Origin: a virus
Taxonomy: Duplodnaviria > Caudoviricetes
Virus record (IMG/VR): IMGVR_UViG_3300033564_000120
Location: 1 to 28,085 of that record
DNA length: 28,085 nucleotides
Direction: 5' to 3' (one strand)
Shown: in pieces, positions 1-7,712 of the stretch
How positions within the stretch are numbered: the first letter of the stretch is position 1
Layout: the number at the start of each line of letters is the position of its first letter
Notes under the pieces: model-generated
What the model was told of the DNA's origin: nothing
What the model saw: the letters and a program-made list of their open reading frames with translations, nothing else
The model's database searches: none
Program-made: the position numbers and the translations under genes

Positions 1-105
1 AGAGAGATGTGGTGGCAGATGAGAGAAAGAGGTTCTGAAAAATGGAGAGCTGATTTATATTACAAGGCAGTTAAATACTTTGGAGGGTTTTCATTCTTAA
101 AGTAG
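1..105 (+). CDS. 3' end of a gene running in from the left edge, possibly DUF1353-like
   Basis: Frame 1 is open to TAG at 103-105: REMWWQMRERGSEKWRADLYYKAVKYFGGFSFLK; the Y.AV..FG ending recalls DUF1353 proteins. Confidence 0.5.
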   Translation, partial: REMWWQMRERGSEKWRADLYYKAVKYFGGFSFLK

Positions 106-107
106 TG

Positions 108-116
108 TGTTATAAT
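108..116 (+). promoter_or_regulatory. extended -10 promoter
   Basis: TGTTATAAT upstream of the ORF at 144. Confidence 0.5.
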
Positions 117-143
117 AAGTATTATTAATTAATCAAAAACAAT

Positions 144-302
144 ATGCAATTAAATCGCGAAGAATGCACAGTGTTGCTTCAGTTGATTGATAGGGTTCAA
201 CTATCAGGCAAAGAAGCAAGAGCAGTAGCATATATTCAAGGGAAATTGGAAGAAGGTTTGAAAGACCCAATTATCAACGAAATTGAAGCAAAAAAGAAAT
301 AG
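144..302 (+). CDS. small hypothetical protein (52 aa)
   Basis: Manual translation MQLNREECTVLLQLIDRVQLSGKEARAVAYIQGKLEEGLKDPIINEIEAKKK; A-rich leader; below the ORF-track cutoff. Confidence 0.7.
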   Translation: MQLNREECTVLLQLIDRVQLSGKEARAVAYIQGKLEEGLKDPIINEIEAKKK

Positions 303-364
303 CCTATTTTTATAAAGCGGATTAGGCTATTAAAACAAAAGAACAAACTAAGTTTTCAAGTAAA

Positions 365-710
365 AGATTGTTCTGATGTCGGATTGAAATCTAGACCTTA
401 ATTGGTTCTAGAGTTTTGTACAAAGCACTAAAACAAATAGGAGTAAGCGGTATGCAAGCGAGAGCTGCACAAAAAAGAGCAAAACAGAAAGCTCAAAAAA
501 TGGGCTGGGCAGTTGCTTCAAAAGCAAAGGTAATGAAGACGGCATCAAAAAAGAAAATCTTTGTTTAGATAACAATCGGTAGTCCTTTGTCGCACCACGA
601 CAGGTCAAGCCTTAACCCTAGTAAATCGGTCTAGGTAGACATTCCGCGAAATTCGGAAACCCGACCCTGTGACGTTCTGATGAGTGGTGTTATTCTGAAC
701 AGAGGGTGAT
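365..710 (+). ncRNA. candidate large structured RNA, family unassigned
   Basis: Nested long-range helices 378-385/658-665 and 390-397/628-635, several local hairpins including a GAGA tetraloop, terminator at 716-746. Confidence 0.45.
452..568 (+). CDS. possible Lys/Ala-rich basic peptide (38 aa) inside the structured region
   Basis: AGGAG upstream; MQARAAQKRAKQKAQKMGWAVASKAKVMKTASKKKIFV. Confidence 0.35.
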   Translation: MQARAAQKRAKQKAQKMGWAVASKAKVMKTASKKKIFV

Positions 711-715
711 TAAAG

Positions 716-746
716 AGCAAAGCCCCCTTAATTGGGGGTTTTTGCT
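716..746 (+). terminator. intrinsic terminator, possibly bidirectional, fused to the next promoter
   Basis: AGCAAA-GCCCCC-TTAATT-GGGGGT-TTTTGCT, running into TATAAT at 746-751. Confidence 0.8.
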
Positions 747-757
747 ATAATAAAGAT

Positions 758-1696
758 ATGAAAATATCATATTACACAGCATTAAAATGGTGGGGCGAAA
801 AAGAAGCAAAGCAAATAACTCCAAAGGGATATGATTTTGAAGTGATTAAGTTAGATAAAGCACTCCCACATTTTCAAATTAGTAACAGCACTCTGTTTAG
901 AGGTTCAGCTATCTTAAGAGGTTGGGGCAAAGACTCTCATATCCATTATGTTGGAGATTATGTCGAATGGGAAAAGAATAGATCTAAAGATGAAGATTAT
1001 CGTGGACAGACAAGTCGGTTACTTGGTTCTAGTACCAGTTACACAAGAAGTTTTGTAAAAAAGAATGGGTATATCTACATGAAACCGAATGACGATACTG
1101 CAAACTGGTGTAGTAAAACAAAGAAAGGAGCTATCCCTCAATGGATATATACTCCACAGCATGAAAACTTACATTGTAAAACTAGGGATTTAAAAAAACA
1201 AGATAGATTACACGAATGGATTGGACTTGGAAAATATGATAAGTATGAAAGTGAATATCTAGTAAAGGAAATAAACTCACTCCTGCCATTACTCGATAGA
1301 CTATCCTATGATTTCTGTGAGCACGCTAGTACTATCGGATTGGATTTAAGGATTACTTCAGCCTTTAGAAGTGTAGAGAAGCAGAATGAATATTGGAATC
1401 AAGGAAGAACTACTGCTGGAGCGATTATCACTAACGCTAAAGGTGGAGAATCTGCCCACCAGTATGGGATTGCCTTCGATATAGTAGACAGAAAGAAAGG
1501 CTACAACTTATCTGATGAGGAATGGCAGACACTACGCTTTATCTGGCGTTATATTACTTATAAAGAAACTGGTCACTGGGGAGAGTGGGGAGGTGATTGG
1601 ACTTCATTTATTGACAAGCCACACTACCAACTAACACTCGGCTATTCAATAAAGGACTTTCAAACAGGTAATGTTGATTATAGTAAATTTGAATAA
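758..1696 (+). CDS. endolysin with C-terminal M15 family (L-Ala-D-Glu type) Zn peptidase and an unknown N-terminal domain
   Basis: ITSAFRS..Q...W.QGRT, TNAKGGESAHQYGIAFD (SxHxxGxAxD), WGGDW..FIDKPHYQ. Confidence 0.85.
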   Translation: MKISYYTALKWWGEKEAKQITPKGYDFEVIKLDKALPHFQISNSTLFRGSAILRGWGKDSHIHYVGDYVEWEKNRSKDEDYRGQTSRLLGSSTSYTRSFVKKNGYIYMKPNDDTANWCSKTKKGAIPQWIYTPQHENLHCKTRDLKKQDRLHEWIGLGKYDKYESEYLVKEINSLLPLLDRLSYDFCEHASTIGLDLRITSAFRSVEKQNEYWNQGRTTAGAIITNAKGGESAHQYGIAFDIVDRKKGYNLSDEEWQTLRFIWRYITYKETGHWGEWGGDWTSFIDKPHYQLTLGYSIKDFQTGNVDYSKFE

Positions 1697-1723
1697 TCTC
1701 AAGATTTATGATATTATGAAAGT

Positions 1724-1834
1724 ACCCCCCAATAGGGGGCGATACAACAATATTCTTTCATTTTAGATTGTTCATAATATTTAACTCATAATGTCTATCT
1801 ACAGAACCACCTGCCTCATACGGGTGGTTTCTGT
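1724..1834 (+). ncRNA. candidate ~110-nt small RNA
   Basis: Extended -10 TGATATTAT at 1709-1717, 5' hairpin CCCCC-AATA-GGGGG, AU-rich body with repeated TCAT, 3' terminator; no ORF inside. Confidence 0.45.
1801..1834 (+). terminator. intrinsic terminator fused to a TGTTATAAT promoter
   Basis: AACCACCTG-cctcata-CGGGTGGTT-tctgt, then TATAAT at 1835-1840. Confidence 0.7.
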
Positions 1835-1875
1835 TATAATAAGAGTAGGTGTTCTTAACAAATAGGAGGTATAAA

Positions 1876-1989
1876 ATGCAGTTGGATCTATTCGTTCAAA
1901 TCGGTAGCTTTTATTACTATTGGCATGAGAGGGAAGCTTTGTTAATTCTTTTAATAAGGGAGACAAATGGACTTACTTACATGGAATAA
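1876..1989 (+). CDS. 37-aa peptide starting with a QLDLF clamp-binding-like motif
   Basis: Strong SD AGGAGGT; MQLDLFVQIGSFYYYWHEREALLILLIRETNGLTYME. Confidence 0.6.
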   Translation: MQLDLFVQIGSFYYYWHEREALLILLIRETNGLTYME

Positions 1990-2167
1990 AAAGCAACAGT
2001 ATGAGGCTTTGTCTGACACTAACAGATATTTCTATAAATTACATTTTGGCTATGATGCCAAGAGTGATGATGAGTTAATGCTTTACTATGCAGACTTTGG
2101 GGCAAGTATTTTTGCCCACTTACACAAAGGAGAACTAAATGCAACACGAGATCAGAACATTGATTAA
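1967..2167 (+). CDS. hypothetical protein (66 aa)
   Basis: ORF track; SD AAGGGAG upstream. Confidence 0.7.
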   Translation: MDLLTWNKKQQYEALSDTNRYFYKLHFGYDAKSDDELMLYYADFGASIFAHLHKGELNATRDQNID

Positions 2168-2306
2168 TCTGCTCTACTACATGGAACTTACTCCGAAGAA
2201 GGAGGTTTTATTTATATTTGTCAACGGACAGATATATTCGTTCTACAATGATTCAAACAACGAGAAAGTTATCAGGGCTTTTGCTCGGATAGAAAGGACA
2301 GAATGA
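2139..2306 (+). CDS. hypothetical protein (55 aa)
   Basis: SD AAAGGAG; MQHEIRTLINLLYYMELTPKKEVLFIFVNGQIYSFYNDSNNEKVIRAFARIERTE; ATGA overlap with the next gene. Confidence 0.65.
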   Translation: MQHEIRTLINLLYYMELTPKKEVLFIFVNGQIYSFYNDSNNEKVIRAFARIERTE

Positions 2307-2533
2307 GAGCGAAAAAGACAGACCTTAGCTTCGACAAGCACCACAAGAAGCCTCGGAGCATAGGGGGTAAAAACAATCAACGCAACATATCAATCCTACC
2401 AAGAGTTATACACAGGGCATGGCATATTTTATTCGCTAATCATTCAGCGGAAACCATCTGCCACATAATCAACGAGAGATTTCTCGACCCAGATTATGAA
2501 TTCCTTTGTATGAAAAAATCCCCTCGTAACTGA
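2303..2533 (+). CDS. minimal HNH-like protein
   Basis: HHKKPRSIGGKNNQRNISIL...HRAWHILF.N, a His-Me finger pattern. Confidence 0.7.
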   Translation: MRAKKTDLSFDKHHKKPRSIGGKNNQRNISILPRVIHRAWHILFANHSAETICHIINERFLDPDYEFLCMKKSPRN

Positions 2534-2541
2534 GGGGATTT
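2516..2541 (+). terminator. terminator-like hairpin overlapping the -35 of the next promoter
   Basis: AAATCCCCTC-gtaact-GAGGGGATTT. Confidence 0.7.
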
Positions 2542-2568
2542 GACTTTTTATTTAAAGTTTTGGATAAT
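2540..2568 (+). promoter_or_regulatory. sigma70-type promoter
   Basis: TTGACT-17 nt-GATAAT; ATG at 2575 follows after 6 nt. Confidence 0.65.
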
Positions 2569-2574
2569 ACTAGA

Positions 2575-2811
2575 ATGGACGAAGATGTTATCGACATTAA
2601 ATTAGCACCATTGAGGGAAAAACAAGCGAAGTGTAGTCACCCGAGCTTTAAATGTTCAATCTGTGGTTTATATCGAGACAATGTAGAGAATGAATATGTT
2701 CAGATTATTAGGGGTCTTCTTTTAAAGATAGAAGAGTTAAAAAAAACACAGGATAAACCTGTGGTTTTTGTTTCTTATTCTAAGAGTTTAATCGACACCC
2801 ATATCTTTTAA
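2575..2811 (+). CDS. small putative Zn-binding protein
   Basis: CSH...CSIC motif; ATG 2575 preferred over TTG 2560, which lies inside the promoter. Confidence 0.6.
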   Translation: MDEDVIDIKLAPLREKQAKCSHPSFKCSICGLYRDNVENEYVQIIRGLLLKIEELKKTQDKPVVFVSYSKSLIDTHIF

Positions 2812-2819
2812 CTTAGAAC

Positions 2820-3440
2820 TTATTTTTTTCTGTTGAAACCAAAGTATACCCGTGATGCTTTTATTTTTCGTCTAACATACTCCTTTATTATGGGGTTCTT
2901 TTCGAGGAACTCTGACAGCCTAGTAAAATTTACATTATTGAGATCGCCTTTAATTTGGTTACAGTCATAGCAGATGATTTGTAAATTCTCTGGGCGATGA
3001 AGATGTCTTAATTCTTCATATGTCTTTAATGATTTATGGTTTTTTCGATCGTAAAGCCGAGTGTGGTAAATTGGTTCCTTGTGGTCTAGAGAGATATTAT
3101 CAGTTGTTAATTCAGTTCCACAAAAGATACAAGGTTTTTTTAAAGCTTCTGTAATTAGATTAACCATTATTTTAATCTTATCCTTGCCTAACCGAACACT
3201 GCCAGAAAGCGAACGAGCCTTATACTTAATAGGATCTTCTGTTTTCATCTTTTGGATTCTATCTTTATTCCTCTGAGATATACATTTCTTATCGGTACAA
3301 ACATATTGTTTACTATTATATCTTTCAACTTCTTTCTGACAATATGGACAAATAAGCGTTCCGTATGTTTTGTTTCTACCCTTCTTTTGATTTTTAATTG
3401 ATTCCTTCTTATCTTGATTCCTTATATAAGCCATAGACAT
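2820..3440 (-). CDS. HNH endonuclease with N-terminal Zn ribbon
   Basis: CPYC...C....C; CIFC...SLDHKEP...NLQIICYDCNQIKG. Confidence 0.85.
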   Translation of the reverse strand: MSMAYIRNQDKKESIKNQKKGRNKTYGTLICPYCQKEVERYNSKQYVCTDKKCISQRNKDRIQKMKTEDPIKYKARSLSGSVRLGKDKIKIMVNLITEALKKPCIFCGTELTTDNISLDHKEPIYHTRLYDRKNHKSLKTYEELRHLHRPENLQIICYDCNQIKGDLNNVNFTRLSEFLEKNPIIKEYVRRKIKASRVYFGFNRKK

Positions 3441-3732
3441 TATTTAATTTCTCTTTTAATAAAATGTAATTTACAACCTTAGAGTATTTTTTTAGTTGGT
3501 TCTCTGTCGCTCTGTTAACCATTATCCAGTCGCACTTTTCTTTGTACTTACAGATATCTGCGTGAATTTTTTTTTCTAGCGGGAGGATACAGAATTTTTC
3601 ATTTACCTGTTTTCCTGCATAAATCAGATTATGATGCCACTGAATGTCATGCGTATCTCCTGATATACAGCAAGTTTTGTAGAATGGATCATTTGATATT
3701 TCGACCCTTATTTTGTTTGGTATTTTTCTCAT
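3409..3732 (-). CDS. His-Me finger protein (Ref/DUF968-like)
   Basis: CCISG....QWHH......GKQVN..FCILPL...IH. Confidence 0.55.
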   Translation of the reverse strand: MRKIPNKIRVEISNDPFYKTCCISGDTHDIQWHHNLIYAGKQVNEKFCILPLEKKIHADICKYKEKCDWIMVNRATENQLKKYSKVVNYILLKEKLNNVYGLYKESR

Positions 3733-3871
3733 CTGGGGTTACAATTACTCTAATAAGCTCCTCATCCCTCCCTACAAAGACATCCTTGTCTTCGTAAACT
3801 TCCATAGGGTCAAGTTTCCCATTCTTAACAACTGCCCACATTTTTATAGGTTTAATTTTGTTCTTGATCAT
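3689..3871 (-). CDS. hypothetical protein
   Basis: ORF track; overlaps both neighbours in the operon. Confidence 0.65.
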   Translation of the reverse strand: MIKNKIKPIKMWAVVKNGKLDPMEVYEDKDVFVGRDEELIRVIVTPDEKNTKQNKGRNIK

Positions 3872-4337
3872 AGATCTTTTCTTTAGCGTTACACTTTGTA
3901 CAAAACCTTATCTGAACCCAATCATGATCACAGCTATCCTGACTAATTCCAGTCTTAGCTTCTCGTAGCATGATCTTGGTATCCCGTGGGAGTCTTTCTG
4001 CTGAGTCTTCCAACCACTTGGTGGCTTCTTCTTTCGTTGACGAAACTCGTATAATCTCATAAGCGTTGCTCCAACCCCCAGCATTGGCGATAAGTTCAGA
4101 AGGCAACTGATATTCTAAAACCATCTTGGTGTATACACTAATCAATCTGGATGCGACAGACTCACTCATTTTAATTTCTTGCAAATAATCACCAAATGAA
4201 TCCCAAGAATTTTCGTACAACCCTCGGTCCCTAATTTCCTTAAGTCTCTCACCTAGAGTAAGAAAGGCTAATTCAATGTTCTTCTTTAATTCAATCACTT
4301 CTAGGCAGTAATTGTAGTTTGCTAATTCTTTACTCAT
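3852..4337 (-). CDS. DUF3102-like helical protein with C-terminal Zn knuckle
   Basis: LGERLKEIRD..LY...W.SF.DYL..I.MS.S.ASRLI; C-terminal CDH...C..C. Confidence 0.55.
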   Translation of the reverse strand: MSKELANYNYCLEVIELKKNIELAFLTLGERLKEIRDRGLYENSWDSFGDYLQEIKMSESVASRLISVYTKMVLEYQLPSELIANAGGWSNAYEIIRVSSTKEEATKWLEDSAERLPRDTKIMLREAKTGISQDSCDHDWVQIRFCTKCNAKEKIYDQEQN

Positions 4338-4563
4338 ATTTTGCGATTATTGCATTCTCCTTAAAGATGTAGTTATCTTCAAACTTAGTGTAAGGTGCAG
4401 ATTGTTCGACCACTACAACATCACCATTCTTGTAAGAACCAAATTCTGAGTTGGCTTGTAATACAATGTAACTTTCTAACTCCTCACCCAACACTGGCTC
4501 TCTTCTACGAGAGAGTAACACATACCCACTATTTAGCTTCAGATTTACTGTTTTTATGTTCAT
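4330..4563 (-). CDS. groES: divergent co-chaperonin GroES-like protein
   Basis: 77 aa; GYVLL, KNGDVVVV, Y, YIFKENAIIAK echo GroES DRVLV, KVGD.V, YLI..E.DILA; adjacent to GroEL. Confidence 0.6.
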   Translation of the reverse strand: MNIKTVNLKLNSGYVLLSRRREPVLGEELESYIVLQANSEFGSYKNGDVVVVEQSAPYTKFEDNYIFKENAIIAKYE

Positions 4564-6007
4564 AGATTAATGAATTAGTTGTTAATAAAGTACCCACAGC
4601 ACTGACTGACACCTCTATAGCTGTTTTGATGACCTTAAGAGGATCTACAATGCCAGCTAGAAACATATCGTCTACATATTTCTTATTTAAAGCATCATAT
4701 CCTGACTTGCCAGCTAGGATATTACTTATTATAACACCTGCTTCTAGATCTGAGTTTTCTGCTATCTGTCTAAATGGTGCCTCTAACGCCTTAGCCATTA
4801 ATTGATAGCCCACTTCTTTTTTCCCACCAAGGACATAGGCTATCCTTAACAGTTCACATCCACCACCTGCCACTACACCATCCTCCAAGGCAGCTCTAGT
4901 AGCGTTAATAGCATCTTCTATTTTTAGTTTAAGATATTGCATTTCGCTAACAGAAGCCGCCCCTACAGATAGTATAGCCACACTAGAAGTAAGTTTAGCG
5001 ATTCTTTCTTTCAACTTAGTCTTAGTGTATTCTGATTTCTCGTTCTCTATCTTCCTTTTAAGTAATTTAATCCTCTCTTTAGCACTGCCATCAGTCACAA
5101 TAGTAGTCTTGTCTTGAGTAACTGTCACTTTGCAGAATCTGCCATCTTTTACTAAGGATTTTAGGTCTTCTAATTGGTCTACTACTTCTTCTCCCATTCC
5201 AGGAGCTTTTACTGCCACAACTTTGAATCCCCCAGTAGCCGCCGCTTGGACGATTGCATCCAAAGCCTTACCTCTAACATCCCTAGCGACTACTAGCATT
5301 TCATTCCTTCCTCGATCTTGAACTTCTTTTATCTTTTGTAAAAATTCGCTAGCATCATCGATACTCTTATCACTGAACATAATATCAATATCGTTAAGTT
5401 CAGCTGAGCTATTCTCAAGGTTCGTAACCATGTATGGTGATAGAAATCCATTGTTAAACTCTAAACCTTCTTTAATTTCTACTTCGACCCCTAACTTCGG
5501 TGATTGTTCAACTGTCACCACTCCATCTTTCCCAATCTTTCTAAAGACATCTGAAATGATTTTGCCAAGATATTCTGACTCTGAAGAAACTCTCGCAACA
5601 TCTTCTATGTTCTCAACTTTCCTAGCTGACTTCTCAAGCATCGATATAGCGGCCTGTGAGGCTCTGTGGATGGAGTTTCGGACCTCCATGGCACTTACCC
5701 CCATTAAGGTGTATTCTAGCCCATTATTGTACAAAGATTTCGTTAAGATAATGCTACCAGTAGTACCATCCCCTGCGATCTCATTTACCTTGATAGCGAC
5801 TTGCTTAAGAATGTTCGCCCCGACATTTTCTACCTCATCTTCAAGTTCTATTTCTTTGATGATAGAAACCCCATCATTGGTTATAGTAGCACCATCATCT
5901 AAGATAACGTTCTTCCCATTTGGTCCTGCGGTTTCAATAACAGGCTGTGCCGCCTTATTGATTCCATCCCTTATCTTTAGTTTTAATTCTGTATTAGTAC
6001 AAATCAT
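4529..6007 (-). CDS. groEL: phage-encoded group I chaperonin GroEL
   Basis: GPNGKNV, TNDGVSI, AGDGTT, GKDGVVTVE, GFLSPY, AVKAPG, EDAINATRAALEDGVVAGGG, GIVDPLKV. Confidence 0.95.
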   Translation of the reverse strand: MICTNTELKLKIRDGINKAAQPVIETAGPNGKNVILDDGATITNDGVSIIKEIELEDEVENVGANILKQVAIKVNEIAGDGTTGSIILTKSLYNNGLEYTLMGVSAMEVRNSIHRASQAAISMLEKSARKVENIEDVARVSSESEYLGKIISDVFRKIGKDGVVTVEQSPKLGVEVEIKEGLEFNNGFLSPYMVTNLENSSAELNDIDIMFSDKSIDDASEFLQKIKEVQDRGRNEMLVVARDVRGKALDAIVQAAATGGFKVVAVKAPGMGEEVVDQLEDLKSLVKDGRFCKVTVTQDKTTIVTDGSAKERIKLLKRKIENEKSEYTKTKLKERIAKLTSSVAILSVGAASVSEMQYLKLKIEDAINATRAALEDGVVAGGGCELLRIAYVLGGKKEVGYQLMAKALEAPFRQIAENSDLEAGVIISNILAGKSGYDALNKKYVDDMFLAGIVDPLKVIKTAIEVSVSAVGTLLTTNSLIYEHKNSKSEAK

Positions 6008-6008
6008 A

Positions 6009-7670
6009 TTAAAAGTTTTTTATTTTCTGCTGAATAATTTGCTCGTTGGTATATCCTCCATTCTCCCAATCCTCTGGGGTGTAACCATCACATATGTAAT
6101 CGTTGAGATCATTGTCATACATAATCTTCATATGTGCTTCCCCATTTGGATTACGAGATTTTGAAATGAATATCTCAGTCTCCCCTGGAGTTCCTTGGTC
6201 TGACTTATCCCTCCACAAGTGCATTGTGTAGTTCGCGTTCTGTGCGATAGCCATAGAGTCCTTGAAAGCGGCGTCTGTTGGCTTTTGTCCATTAAGCTTT
6301 CTATAGTGTGCTATCAGAAGGATACGCGCGCCATTTCTATTTTGACACTGTTTCAGCCTAATCATCACTGACTCGACATAATCTGCCTTAGAAGAGTCTC
6401 CTTTCAACAAGTCAAAGTAGTGCAGATGGTCTATCAAGAACAGTTCGTAACCCTGGGCAGTTAGTGTATCTAGGATAACCTCTAAGAGATCAATACTCAT
6501 CATTTCCTCTACTTCGATGAAGTAAACATTGTCATTCTTCACTGCACTAACCGCTTCATCGATGTAAAACTGATAATCTTTATCTAAGACACAGTTCTTC
6601 CTATACTCATTCCATGGATAATTCTTAAGTCCTCTTTTTTTCCTGACTCTACCTAATTCAAAATACACTGCTTTAATCCCATAATCGTTCAGTCTGTCTT
6701 CTAGAGCCAAGATCACCGATTTTGTCCCCCTTTTAGCGGAGTTGTATACCATCTTTGTGGCTAGAGTGGTCTTACCGACCCCAGTCTCCCCACCGATGAT
6801 CATCAACTCTCCAGGGAATAAACCAGTTAGTTTGTCATCTAAAAACTCATATCCAAATGACACGCATTCTGAAGCCTTTGTTGCCTTCAATTCAACCATA
6901 CTCCTATCAACCAACTGGGACAGCGTAATTAATCTGAACTTCTCCTTAAGATCTTCCGCCTGCAATTCTTTAGGCTTACTTCTTTCTCGTTGGGAGATAG
7001 AAAGAAAGACATTCTTCAATTCATACTCTGGCAGTGGTGGATTATTCTGTCTGTTCCAGATGCTCAAAGCCTGCCAGGCATCACTAGGATTTAGTCTTGC
7101 GATATACAAACCTGCCACTTTGGCTGCTGTATCATTCCTAGATCCTTCTCCGACTCCAAACAGTACTTCATTCCAATTAGGAGTATCATTACTCCTCCTC
7201 CCTTGTCCTAATTCATCTGGAAGTATGGCGTTGCCGATATTCTTGTACAACTCATACTTCCCTCCATTAGGATGGATTGAAGGAGGCAAGATAACATAAG
7301 AATTATCGTTCCTAACATCTACATCTTCAAAAACTCGGACCCCTGTCTTCCATTTAGGATTATACTTGTAGTAAAGATGGTACCCCCCACTTGGTGTTTT
7401 GACTGTCGCTGTTTCTGGAAACCCTAATTTCTTAGCATATTCCAATAAATCTTTCCCTGACTTGTTATCTAAATCGATGACTGTGTATCCACTGATCTTC
7501 CCACATATCATTGCAATATTCTCGTCCCCTTGAAACCATTTTGTAATTTCATCTTCAGTAGGTAATCGCTCTGTGTATTCTTTCCAATTGATTGTAGGAG
7601 TTTTCTCTCTCGGTTTACATGGTATCACTGAAGCTCCATTTTTTAAATATGTTAACGCCTTATCTTTCAT
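6009..7670 (-). CDS. Prim-Pol primase / PriCT / DnaB-like SF4 helicase fusion
   Basis: VIDLD, TPSGGYHLYY, DVR...YVILPPS; GEGSRND..WN..N.PPL; Walker A GETGVGKT; Walker B FLIDHL; SKSRN. Confidence 0.9.
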   Translation of the reverse strand: MKDKALTYLKNGASVIPCKPREKTPTINWKEYTERLPTEDEITKWFQGDENIAMICGKISGYTVIDLDNKSGKDLLEYAKKLGFPETATVKTPSGGYHLYYKYNPKWKTGVRVFEDVDVRNDNSYVILPPSIHPNGGKYELYKNIGNAILPDELGQGRRSNDTPNWNEVLFGVGEGSRNDTAAKVAGLYIARLNPSDAWQALSIWNRQNNPPLPEYELKNVFLSISQRERSKPKELQAEDLKEKFRLITLSQLVDRSMVELKATKASECVSFGYEFLDDKLTGLFPGELMIIGGETGVGKTTLATKMVYNSAKRGTKSVILALEDRLNDYGIKAVYFELGRVRKKRGLKNYPWNEYRKNCVLDKDYQFYIDEAVSAVKNDNVYFIEVEEMMSIDLLEVILDTLTAQGYELFLIDHLHYFDLLKGDSSKADYVESVMIRLKQCQNRNGARILLIAHYRKLNGQKPTDAAFKDSMAIAQNANYTMHLWRDKSDQGTPGETEIFISKSRNPNGEAHMKIMYDNDLNDYICDGYTPEDWENGGYTNEQIIQQKIKNF

Positions 7671-7678
7671 ATTTCCTT

Positions 7679-7707
7679 ATTATACTAATAATGTTCATTT
7701 TCGCCAA
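7679..7707 (-). promoter_or_regulatory. promoter for the primase-helicase/GroEL operon
   Basis: Minus strand TTGGCG-17 nt-TATAAT, 8 nt before the ATG at 7670. Confidence 0.6.
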
Positions 7708-7712
7708 GTGAA

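Noticed and set aside
408-608. 66-aa minus-strand ORF
   Set aside because: Antisense to the local transcription direction; its hydrophobicity simply mirrors A-runs on the + strand
365-710. tmRNA, hammerhead ribozyme or group I intron
   Set aside because: No GGGG...CCACCA acceptor stem or T-arm. CTGATGA (677) and GAAAC (656) are present, but stems I-III cannot be built. No group I R/S elements and no interrupted gene.
5130-7299. Long + strand ORFs at 5130, 5430 and 6742
   Set aside because: Antisense shadows of GroEL and the primase-helicase, with no motifs
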